The position numbers were made by a program, and so were the translations under genes. DNA of 48,954 bases from an uncultured bacterium (GTDB lineage Bacteria; UBP4; UBA4092): assembly GCA_964644695.1 (NCBI GenBank), contig CAZXWN010000006.1, forward strand, positions 64,196 to 113,149, read 5' to 3'. Of the stretch, positions 39,576-48,954 are shown in pieces (within the stretch, counting starts at the first letter, position 1; every line of letters begins with the position of its first letter). The notes under the pieces are model-generated. The model did not search any database. It saw nothing but the letters and a program-made list of their open reading frames with translations, and was not told the origin of the DNA.

Positions 39576-40259
39576 ATGAAAATATCTGTTTTAATACCGT
39601 GTTATAACGAAATACACACCATCCGCGAAATCCTACGACGGGTTCGTGCCGTTCCGATTGATATGGAAATCATCGTTGTTGATGGAAATTCGACGGATGG
39701 AACCCGCGATATCCTGCGTGAGGAAGAAAAATCCCCAGAAACGCGGGTGATTTACATGCCCTATCGGACAGGCAGGGGACTTGCTCTTAAAACGGCCATG
39801 AAAGAGGCTGTCGGAGATATTTTTCTCTTCCAAGATGCCGACCTCGAACTAAACCCTGCGGAGTATCCCATTCTCTTAGAACCCTTTCAGAATCCTCAAG
39901 TCAATGTCGTTTTTGGTTCCAGATTCAAAGGCCATGAGTTTGAACCGGCCAATTCTTGGCAGGTAACGGGAAATCGTGCTATCACAAAGGTCGTTAACTT
40001 CCTCTATGGTAGCCATCTGACGGATGTTGAAACAGGATATCAAGTGTTTCGGCGTCAGGTCGTTGAGGGAATGATTATTCGGGGGAATGAGTTCCAGTTT
40101 ACGGTTGAATTAACCTGCAAAATCCTGAAACGAGGATATGACATTGTTGAGGTCCCGGTGACTTTTGAACCCCGAGATGCAGAAGCAGGCAAGAAACTTA
40201 GGTTAAAAGATGGTCTGGAATCTGTCTGGACCTTGCTAAAATATAGAATCATTGATTAA
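39576..40259 (+). CDS. GT2 glycosyltransferase (DPM1-like)
   Basis: ISVLIPCYNE, VVDGNSTDGT, QDADLE, VFGSRF, TDVETGY. Confidence 0.92.
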   Translation: MKISVLIPCYNEIHTIREILRRVRAVPIDMEIIVVDGNSTDGTRDILREEEKSPETRVIYMPYRTGRGLALKTAMKEAVGDIFLFQDADLELNPAEYPILLEPFQNPQVNVVFGSRFKGHEFEPANSWQVTGNRAITKVVNFLYGSHLTDVETGYQVFRRQVVEGMIIRGNEFQFTVELTCKILKRGYDIVEVPVTFEPRDAEAGKKLRLKDGLESVWTLLKYRIID

Positions 40260-40277
40260 CGGGAAGGAATAACCAAT

Positions 40278-41384
40278 ATGAGTGTACCTTTTTTGAATAT
40301 TACGGCGACTTATAACTCAGACAAAAAAGCAATTGACCAGGCGGTGTTAGACGTGTTGGCCGGAGGGCATTATGTTTTGGGCCCCAATGTCCAGTCTTTT
40401 GAAAAGGAATTCAGTGAATATCATCAGGGTTATTCTTCTCTGGGATTAGCCTCAGGCACAGATGCACTGCTGCTGGCCTTGCGCGCTTCTGGATTAAAGC
40501 CGGGTGATGAAGTTATTGTTCCCGCCTTTACTTTTATCTCCACCGTCAGCACCGTTGTTTATGCTGGCTTCAAACCTGTTTTCGCGGATATTGACCCTGT
40601 TTCTTTCAATGTAACCGCCAAAACTATCAGTAAGGCTCTCACTAAAAAAACAAAGGCGGTTATTGTTGTTCATCTTTATGGCCAGCCTGTTGATATGGAT
40701 CCTGTGTTAAAACTCTGTAAGGATAAGAAACTCTTTTTGATTGAAGATGTTGCTCAGGCACTGGGTGCTGAATACCATGGGAAAAAGACTGGAACGATGG
40801 GGAAAATCGGTTGTTTTAGTTTTTACCCCACCAAAAATCTGGGTGCGGCCGGTGATGGAGGTATGGTCATTACTTCCAGTAAACCCGTTTTTAAAACCTT
40901 ATTCCAGTTAAGAGATCATGGACAGGCAAAGAAATACCATTTTGAGATTTTGGGATATAACAGTCGGCTGGATGAAATACAGGCGGCGATTCTCCGTATC
41001 AAATTCCGCCGTATCGAAGAAACTTTGAAAGAAAGAGGGATTCTGGGAAATCTATATTGGGAACATCTGGGTGATTTGACTGCTGTTCAATTGCCGATAG
41101 AACAACCCGAAACCCGACACTCCTTCAACCTTTACACCATCAGAACATCTAAACGGGATGCCCTGCAAGCATATCTCAGAGAACAGGGTATTGGAACAGC
41201 GGTTCACTATCCCCGTCCACTTCACCTCCAGAAAGCTTTTGCGAACCTGGGTTATAAAAAAGGCGACTGCCCCGAAGCCGAAAAAGCGGCAAAGGAAGTC
41301 CTTTGTCTTCCCTTATATCCCGGGATGCCCCATGACCACATCCCCCAGGTTGCTGAGGCGGTCCGTAAGTTCTTTACTCGTTGA
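40278..41384 (+). CDS. DegT/DnrJ/EryC1/StrS family sugar aminotransferase
   Basis: SGTDAL, VHLYGQP, IEDVAQA, SFYPTKNLGAAGDGG, NSRLDEIQAA. Confidence 0.95.
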   Translation: MSVPFLNITATYNSDKKAIDQAVLDVLAGGHYVLGPNVQSFEKEFSEYHQGYSSLGLASGTDALLLALRASGLKPGDEVIVPAFTFISTVSTVVYAGFKPVFADIDPVSFNVTAKTISKALTKKTKAVIVVHLYGQPVDMDPVLKLCKDKKLFLIEDVAQALGAEYHGKKTGTMGKIGCFSFYPTKNLGAAGDGGMVITSSKPVFKTLFQLRDHGQAKKYHFEILGYNSRLDEIQAAILRIKFRRIEETLKERGILGNLYWEHLGDLTAVQLPIEQPETRHSFNLYTIRTSKRDALQAYLREQGIGTAVHYPRPLHLQKAFANLGYKKGDCPEAEKAAKEVLCLPLYPGMPHDHIPQVAEAVRKFFTR

Positions 41385-41410
41385 TAATAAAAGAGTTAAC
41401 TAAATAATTC

Positions 41411-41449
41411 AGGCTCCGGACCCTGTCGAGGGTCCGGAGCCTTTGTTTT
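41411..41449 (+). terminator. Intrinsic terminator
   Basis: AGGCTCCGGACCCT-GTCG-AGGGTCCGGAGCCT-TTGTTTT. Confidence 0.9.
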
Positions 41450-41540
41450 GGCGTAAAATGGGGTTGAAAGGGTGTTGAGTAATCCTCTGAACAACAAAGA
41501 ATTACCCCTGTATTTAATGACTTTTTTCATACCTGTATTG

Positions 41541-41588
41541 AACGAATGAGTCACGGAGTTGTTCCGAGATGGTCCGTGGATGATTCGT
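41541..41588 (+). repeat. Palindromic REP-like repeat, family A copy 3
   Basis: AACGAATGAGTCACGGAGTTGTTCCGAGATGGTCCGTGGATGATTCGT. Confidence 0.8.
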
Positions 41589-41684
41589 CCGGAGCAGATA
41601 GTTAACGTGATGGGGGTTTCATTGACGGGGGTTTGAGGAAAGTGCTATTTTTTTAATAATACCCCTCATAAAGTAAGGTCGGTC

Positions 41685-42266
41685 ATGTCACGAGTCATTA
41701 CACCTCGACGGAAGAAAGGTTTTTCTTTTCCTGTTCATCGTCGGGAAGTCTATTTAACTGAGAGTGCCTTTTTAAATCTGGTCGTTTCAACGATTGAAGT
41801 GAACCCAAAGGAAACCTATGGTGTATTGTTGGGATATCGGGAACGTAACCGCTATATCATTGATTATGCAATTCCATACCAGACAGCTGAACGGCACACG
41901 TCATTTGTTTATCGCGATGAGTCGGCGCATGAGCGGATGGTCCGATTCCTGGATGAGTTAGCCAAAGTCCGTCCTATTGGCGATTTCCATTCCCACCCCA
42001 ATACCTATGTCAAAGCCAGTCCCGAAGACAAGGAACAGATGTCTTCTTCAGAAGTTTATATTATTGTTGGTGCCAGCCGGAAGGTTAGGGAAGTTCCCTG
42101 GAGTTATAACAAAGATGGGACCCTTTCCGGGACGACCAGCGATTTTATGATTAAAATATGTGCCTATTACCCGGTGGATATCGAGAAGAAAACAATCCGG
42201 TATGCGCCTGTCTTCTGTCCCTTTGCTATTGGGTATCGCCGGCCTTTGACCGGTCCCATTGATTAG
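41685..42266 (+). CDS. JAB/MPN+ (JAMM) domain metalloprotease
   Basis: KETYGVLLG plus HSHPNTYVKASPED, an exact E...HxH-x7-S-x2-D motif. Confidence 0.85.
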   Translation: MSRVITPRRKKGFSFPVHRREVYLTESAFLNLVVSTIEVNPKETYGVLLGYRERNRYIIDYAIPYQTAERHTSFVYRDESAHERMVRFLDELAKVRPIGDFHSHPNTYVKASPEDKEQMSSSEVYIIVGASRKVREVPWSYNKDGTLSGTTSDFMIKICAYYPVDIEKKTIRYAPVFCPFAIGYRRPLTGPID

Positions 42267-42512
42267 GTTTTGTTCAGAATATATCTGGTTGGAGAATTTC
42301 CCCATTTTAGAGTTGTTAACTAATTGCTTTAATGCTATTTAATGGCAATATCTTGACAGAAGCGGTGGGTTTTGGTAGTTTATCCTTTTAACCCACAATT
42401 ATAAATTACCCCTGTGGGGGTGTTTTTTTGTGTCAGTTTATTTAGAAAAGCATTATAATTATAAGCCTTCAAAGGGCCGGGATAACCCGGCATTAGAAAT
42501 AAGGAGAAACAC

Positions 42513-43679
42513 ATGGCACGAACGTTTTTGTTCACCTCGGAATCGGTCACAGAAGGCCATCCCGATAAAGTCTGTGACAATATATCCGACGGTATATTAG
42601 ACGCGATATTTGCTCAGGATCCTAACAGCCGCGTGGCTGTCGAGTCTTTAGTTACCACCGGTCAGGTCGTTGTGGCTGGTGAAGTAACCACCAAAGCCTA
42701 TATTAATGTGCAAGATGTAGTCCGCGGTGTGATAGAAGATATTGGTTATAACGATTCCGCAATGGGTTTTGATTTCCGGTCCTGCGGCGTTTTGAATGCC
42801 ATTCATGGCCAGTCTCCCGACATTGCCATGGGTACCAATGATGAAGTAGGTGGTGCGGGTGACCAGGGGATGATGTTCGGTTACGCTTGTAATCAAACTC
42901 CGGAATTAATGCCTGCTCCAATCATCTATGCTCAGAAATTATCAAAGAAGCTGTCCGAAGTACGTAAGTCTGGATTACTTCCTTACCTTCGTCCGGATGG
43001 CAAGTCCCAGGTTACCATTGAATATGTGGATGGAAAACCCATTCGTGTTACCAATGTTGTCGTTGCTGCCCAGCACACCCCCCAGTTCACCGTGAAAAAT
43101 ATGGACGGCCTTCGTGAAGATATTAAACGTGAAGTTGTCTCCAAAGTTATTCCCGCCAACATGCTGACCGACAAAACCGAGTATCTGATTAATGCTACAG
43201 GTTGTTTCGAAGTTGGTGGTCCTCATGGTGACACCGGGTTGACCGGCCGTAAGATTATCGTTGATACCTACGGTGGATGGGCTTCACATGGTGGTGGATG
43301 TTTCTCTGGTAAAGACCCAACGAAAGTTGACCGGTCTGCCGCCTATGCCGCCCGTTATGTTGCAAAGAATATCGTGGCCGCTGGAATTGCTGATGAAGCG
43401 ACCATTCAGTTAGCTTATTGTATCGGTGTTCCTGAGCCGGTTTCCATTCTGGTTGACACCAAAGGTAGTGGCAAAATCGCTGATGAAAAAATCGAAGCCC
43501 TCGTTCGTGAGTATTTTGATTTAACCCCAGCGGGAATTATCAAGTGCCTGCATTTACGCCGCCCCATTTTCCGGAAGACCGCTGCTTATGGTCATTTCGG
43601 ACGGACAGAACCTGAATTTACATGGGAAATTACTGATAAGGCCGAGATCCTTAAGAAAGCTGCGGAGAAATTAGCCTAG
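42513..43679 (+). CDS. metK: S-adenosylmethionine synthetase
   Basis: [34 protein letters not shown]. Confidence 0.98.
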   Translation: MARTFLFTSESVTEGHPDKVCDNISDGILDAIFAQDPNSRVAVESLVTTGQVVVAGEVTTKAYINVQDVVRGVIEDIGYNDSAMGFDFRSCGVLNAIHGQSPDIAMGTNDEVGGAGDQGMMFGYACNQTPELMPAPIIYAQKLSKKLSEVRKSGLLPYLRPDGKSQVTIEYVDGKPIRVTNVVVAAQHTPQFTVKNMDGLREDIKREVVSKVIPANMLTDKTEYLINATGCFEVGGPHGDTGLTGRKIIVDTYGGWASHGGGCFSGKDPTKVDRSAAYAARYVAKNIVAAGIADEATIQLAYCIGVPEPVSILVDTKGSGKIADEKIEALVREYFDLTPAGIIKCLHLRRPIFRKTAAYGHFGRTEPEFTWEITDKAEILKKAAEKLA

Positions 43680-43768
43680 TTATGGCGTTTTCTCTCAACC
43701 TATAAATTTTACTGAGCGGTGGGCAGATTACTGCCTTCCGCTCACTTTGTCTATCCAAGACGGGATAA

Positions 43769-45046
<1,278 letters not shown>

Positions 45047-45068
45047 GTAATCATTTAGTATTAAACAG

Positions 45069-45104
45069 AAAAGGAATCGGCTTTTCAGCTGATTCCTTTT
45101 TTTT
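45069..45104 (+). terminator. Intrinsic terminator after ahcY
   Basis: AAAAGGAATCGGCT-TTTC-AGCTGATTCC followed by a T-run. Confidence 0.85.
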
Positions 45105-45145
45105 ATTATGAGGACAGAAACACCCTTGAGTTAAAATTATTCCGT

Positions 45146-46240
45146 ATGGAGGTAAACACCTTGGAACGGTTCGAGATACTTCAAAAGGAATTTGTTAAAG
45201 CAGGCCAGGACGCTCTTTTGGTCTCCTATCCCACTAACCGGAATTATCTTTCTGGATTTACCGGAAGTGATTGTATGGTCCTTGTGACACCCAAGAGAGG
45301 TTTGTTTATCACCGATTTCCGTTACCAGCAACAGGCCTATACTCAATGTACTGGATTTGAAGTGGAAATTACTCGTCATGGTCGCGGATATTACCAGATT
45401 ACTAAGGAATATTGTATTCAAGATAGAGTTAAAGTATTGGCTTTTGAGCCTCATCACCTGACAATGGCTCAATACACCCTGATGAAAAATGTTTTTAAGG
45501 GAAGTGGTATTAATCTAGTACCTGAAAAGTATTCGTATGTGGAACACCTTCGCCAAATTAAGGATTTGTCCGAGCTTAAGTTAATCCAAAAATCTAATAA
45601 GGTTTCCATGGAAGCTTTTGAAAAGGCCGTATCTTTGATTAAGCCGGGTGTTTATGAATCCGATGTGTCAATTGCTTATGGTGCCGCAATTCGTGCTTCT
45701 GGAGCCTCTGGAGAGTCTTTTGAGACGATTCTAGCCTCTGGACCTCGTTCAGCGATGCCGCATGGGGTTGCATCCAGACGGAAAATGAAGAAAGGTGATT
45801 TTGTTGTCTTTGATTTTGGGGCTCTGGTCAATCGGTATTGTTCTGACTGTACCCGGACCTTCGTAATTGGAAAACCCTCGATCAAGCAGAAAGAAATCTA
45901 CGCTATTGTTTTGGAAGCCCAGTTGTCCGCATTAGCAGCGGTCAAGCCGGGGGTGATGTGCAGTGCTGTGGATGACATAGCCCGGAAAATCATCACTTCT
46001 GCCGGGTATGGAAGTAACTTTGGCCATGGATTAGGTCATGGAGTAGGAATGGACATCCATGAATCCCCACGGTTAAATAATCAGGATAAAACCATACTAA
46101 AACCCGGAATGGTGGTGACTGTGGAACCTGGTATCTATCTTGAGGGATGGAGTGGGGTTCGAATCGAAGACTTAGTTATAGTGACAGAAAAAGGATGCAA
46201 GGTTTTGACTCAATATTCGAAGGAATTAATCAGTTTGTAA
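45146..46240 (+). CDS. Xaa-Pro aminopeptidase/dipeptidase (M24B); start may be TTG at 45161
   Basis: TDFRY, SAMPHG, DFG...SDCTRT, HGLGHGVG, HESP, TVEPGIY, RIED. Confidence 0.94.
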   Translation: MEVNTLERFEILQKEFVKAGQDALLVSYPTNRNYLSGFTGSDCMVLVTPKRGLFITDFRYQQQAYTQCTGFEVEITRHGRGYYQITKEYCIQDRVKVLAFEPHHLTMAQYTLMKNVFKGSGINLVPEKYSYVEHLRQIKDLSELKLIQKSNKVSMEAFEKAVSLIKPGVYESDVSIAYGAAIRASGASGESFETILASGPRSAMPHGVASRRKMKKGDFVVFDFGALVNRYCSDCTRTFVIGKPSIKQKEIYAIVLEAQLSALAAVKPGVMCSAVDDIARKIITSAGYGSNFGHGLGHGVGMDIHESPRLNNQDKTILKPGMVVTVEPGIYLEGWSGVRIEDLVIVTEKGCKVLTQYSKELISL

Positions 46241-47553
46241 TGAAGAGGTATTTTCTTCAATCCTTCATAGAAGGTATAAAAACTCCCGACAGACGATATG
46301 CCTGGATACTGGTAATTATTTATTTATGTTTGTTGCCGGTTTTTCTGTATCCGAAGATTCATGGAAATGATGGAATAGGGTATTTTGTCTATCTTCGCTC
46401 TATTGTGATGGATGGGGATTTAGATTTTACAAACGAATTTGCTCATTACTCTACAGAATATACAATTGTAGGATATAACCCCCAAACGGGACATCCTGTG
46501 ACGGGGATCCCGCCTGGCTGTGCCGTCTTGTGGGCTCCGTTTTATTTGGTGGCGCATGGTATTACACTATCGGAAGTTACAGTATATCCTGCGGATGGGT
46601 ATGGGTATCCTTATGAGCTTGCTGTAGCGCTTGGGACCTCCTTTTACGGTTTATTGGGGCTGTTAATCGTATATTGGACAGGGCTGAGGTGGTACAGTTC
46701 CAGGAATGTATTTTGGGCGGTTATCGCTGGATGGTTAGCCTCTCCACTGATGTTTTACATGTACATTCATTCTTCCATGTCTCATGCGAATTCCTTTTTT
46801 ATGGCGGCATTAGTATTATGGAGCACTTTACGATTATTGGTTGATAAATCGGATCGATGGTCTGATTATCTCATTTTAGGATTATCCTCCGGAATGATGG
46901 GTGTTATTCGGAATCAAGACATGATTTTCTGGAGTATTCCTCTAGTGGTTATATTGATTCTGAGAAACAGAAAAATGCTTTTAATTCCTGTTTGTATTGG
47001 GATGGTCTTTTGTATTCAGTTGGGCACCTGGTGGTCCTTGAATGGTTCTCCTTTCAGTGGACCTGTAACCCATTATGTAGGACATAACTTCACTCCCTGG
47101 GCTCCGAATGCATTCAATGTCTTATTTTCAGGTCGCCATGGGCTTTTTACCTGGAATCCAGTCTTTTTATTCGGTCTTTTGGGATGGTTATTACTCAGAA
47201 GAAAATCAGGTCTGATGGTCTTTCTTGCCGTAATGATGTTCTTACTGCAGTTATGGGTTGTCGGTTCATGGCGGGAATGGTGGGGTGCTTATTCTTTTGG
47301 TCACCGGATGTTTGTCAGCCTGTTACCTTTCTTTATGGTTGGTTTGGCTGCTTTGTGGGATAAATCGGGTCAATTGGTAAAGCTATCGAGTATCATTCCT
47401 GTATTTATCCTCATACTGATTCTCTGGAATTTTGGGTTGATGGCGCAATACATTTTTTCCTTACTAAATCGGGATGGGCTAACTCCCTTTAGTAAAGTTA
47501 TTTATCAACAATTTACCGTCCTTCCCCAATATTTATTTCAATTGATTCAGTAA
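46240..47553 (+). CDS. Multi-pass membrane protein, probable GT-C glycosyltransferase
   Basis: TAATG coupling to the peptidase; GNDGIGYFVYLRSIVMDGDLDF, many TM segments, WWGAYSFGHR. Confidence 0.65.
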   Translation: MKRYFLQSFIEGIKTPDRRYAWILVIIYLCLLPVFLYPKIHGNDGIGYFVYLRSIVMDGDLDFTNEFAHYSTEYTIVGYNPQTGHPVTGIPPGCAVLWAPFYLVAHGITLSEVTVYPADGYGYPYELAVALGTSFYGLLGLLIVYWTGLRWYSSRNVFWAVIAGWLASPLMFYMYIHSSMSHANSFFMAALVLWSTLRLLVDKSDRWSDYLILGLSSGMMGVIRNQDMIFWSIPLVVILILRNRKMLLIPVCIGMVFCIQLGTWWSLNGSPFSGPVTHYVGHNFTPWAPNAFNVLFSGRHGLFTWNPVFLFGLLGWLLLRRKSGLMVFLAVMMFLLQLWVVGSWREWWGAYSFGHRMFVSLLPFFMVGLAALWDKSGQLVKLSSIIPVFILILILWNFGLMAQYIFSLLNRDGLTPFSKVIYQQFTVLPQYLFQLIQ

Positions 47554-47695
47554 CACATCATTGCGGACCTCACTCCCAATTACGAAATACTTGTCAAAAT
47601 AGGAAAATTGTTGTATAAATATCAAGGAAATATTGAGGAATTGAAGGCTTTCCTCCGAGGTCAAAAATCACAAAATCAATATCGAGGGGTACGAA

Positions 47696-48954
47696 ATGCG
47701 TTTAGTATGTGGTGTTTTAATTGTATGGAGTTTGTTGTTATCCATGGTGACAGCTCAGAGTGTCACCTATGTAGTTGGTGGAAAGGGATACACTCTGGAA
47801 CGGAGCCAGCCGGCTTCGGCCCAAACAGAAGCTGAGAAGGGTCTCTGGGTCATTACAGAATTTTTGAAGGGGCCATCCGCTGAGGAAAAGGCGGCGGGCA
47901 TCCAATCAGCAGTTCCTTCCGATATCCAAATCATCAAATCAGCGGTCAAGGGCGATGTATTGACTGTATATGTGAAAATGCCGGCTGATTATCTATCCAG
48001 TTTGAATGTTATCCAAACAGACGAGTTTTATGACAGTCTCGGAAAGTCATTATTTGGGATCGTGACCAGTTATCAAGTAAACATCTTAGTATGGGATTCT
48101 GTAGCGGGAACCTATAAGAATCTGACCGACTTCCTTCCTGCTGTTCCCAAAATAGCACCCAAAGGGACTCAAGAGTATATCCTTGATGAACCTGTTGCGG
48201 CCGGAAAAGACTCCGCCAGCCAAACGGATAAAGAATGGGCCCAGGCAGAGCTTGTCGCTCAGTATGGGCAGGGTCAACCTACAGGATTATTAACGGGGAA
48301 ATCCATTTTTATCAGTCCCGGTCATGGTTGGTATTATGCCAGTGGGACGGGAAGTGCATCTGTCTGGAATACTCAGCGCGGAAACAATTATGACATTGTG
48401 GAAGACCTCTCCAATGTGGAACATGTAGATTATTACCTTTTGCAGTATTTGTGGAATGCAGGCGCTAATACCTATCCTTGCCGCGCCCGGAGTAGAACTG
48501 ATTACAGATATCAAGTGGATAATTCAGGCAGCGGTTATTCCGACAATGGCGGATGGTCCGACGGTACATCAACCACTCCTTATATTGGGACTAATTATCG
48601 TATTAGTGCGGCCTCAAGTCTTGCCTCAGCAACAGCGACCTGGCGGCCTACGATTACTAAAGCGGGTTACAATCCGGTGTATGTGTTCTATACCGGAGGA
48701 ACGAATCGGGCGACTGATGTTGTGTATTATGTCGTTCATTCAGGTGGAACCACTCAGTTTACAGTCAATCAACAGAGAGATGGCTATACCTGGAAATATA
48801 TCGGGACTTATCACTTTAATGCCGGGACTCAAGGCTGTGTGTATGTGACGAATAAGTCCTCCAGCCCAACAGGCAAGTATGTCATTGTCGATGCCATTTG
48901 TGTTGGTGATGGAAAAGGAACTGAGACTAGAGGTGGAGTAACCAGCGGTCAATA
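47696..48954 (+). CDS. Secreted GerMN/amidase multidomain protein, paralog of 14053-18651; 3'-truncated by the window and missing from the ORF track
   Basis: Manual translation MRLVCGVLIVWSLLLSMVTAQ...FLKGPSAEEKAAGIQSAVP...GKSIFISPGHGW...TQRGNNYDIVEDLSNVE...LWNAGA...HSGGTT...VIVDAICVGDG, open to the end; GAGGGG RBS; TTGTCA-17-TATAAA at 47591-47619. Confidence 0.85.
   Translation, partial: MRLVCGVLIVWSLLLSMVTAQSVTYVVGGKGYTLERSQPASAQTEAEKGLWVITEFLKGPSAEEKAAGIQSAVPSDIQIIKSAVKGDVLTVYVKMPADYLSSLNVIQTDEFYDSLGKSLFGIVTSYQVNILVWDSVAGTYKNLTDFLPAVPKIAPKGTQEYILDEPVAAGKDSASQTDKEWAQAELVAQYGQGQPTGLLTGKSIFISPGHGWYYASGTGSASVWNTQRGNNYDIVEDLSNVEHVDYYLLQYLWNAGANTYPCRARSRTDYRYQVDNSGSGYSDNGGWSDGTSTTPYIGTNYRISAASSLASATATWRPTITKAGYNPVYVFYTGGTNRATDVVYYVVHSGGTTQFTVNQQRDGYTWKYIGTYHFNAGTQGCVYVTNKSSSPTGKYVIVDAICVGDGKGTETRGGVTSGQ

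Noticed and set aside
39467-39577. N-terminal extension of the 178-aa ORF
   Set aside because: Overlaps the divergent promoter; a strong GGAGG RBS and signal peptide support ATG 39466
10271-41588. Repeats as a CRISPR array or integron attC sites
   Set aside because: Dispersed rather than regularly spaced; no cas or intI gene; ends do not fit RYYYAAC/GTTRRRY convincingly
42267-42512. Canonical SAM-I riboswitch upstream of metK
   Set aside because: Core ATCAAGAG...GAGGGA.TGGCCC...GCAACC...GGTGC...GAT elements are absent
46147-46239. Early start of the 468-aa membrane ORF
   Set aside because: Lies within the peptidase gene; TAATG coupling supports 46240
47608-48952. Short ORFs 47608-47835, 48456-48848 and minus-strand ORFs at the window end
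   Set aside because: Shadow frames of the long open frame starting at 47696

Overview
A ~49 kb bacterial chromosomal segment from a draft assembly, with one 100-N gap at 161-260. It is mostly housekeeping and cell-envelope genes. These include a nucleoside/sugar ABC transporter, a tandem-receiver response regulator, argS, an AMIN-type amidase, a short sigma70-family factor, D-cysteine desulfhydrase, GT2 glycosyltransferases, uvrC, a TPP-riboswitch-controlled thiD-thiM-thiE operon, phoH-7TM/HD-ybeY-era, smc-ftsY, a carbohydrate ABC system with binding protein fused to permease, a DegT aminotransferase, a JAB/JAMM protease, metK-ahcY and an M24 peptidase. There are also two paralogous giant secreted GerMN/amidase proteins; the second runs off the window and is absent from the ORF track. 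I found no CRISPR array, tRNA, rRNA or transposase. The most notable signals: (1) a near-consensus sigma54 promoter directly upstream of a divergent alternative sigma70 gene, followed by a C-rich structured RNA candidate and an amidase; (2) three families of short intergenic palindromic repeats, clustered around a secreted Kelch-like gene; (3) altered catalytic motifs (HD->QD in the PgpH-like protein, HIGH->NVVS in ArgRS); (4) several apparently leaderless genes; (5) a stand-alone JAMM protease and a possible attenuator upstream of metK. Functional calls come from motif recognition by eye, not from database searches.
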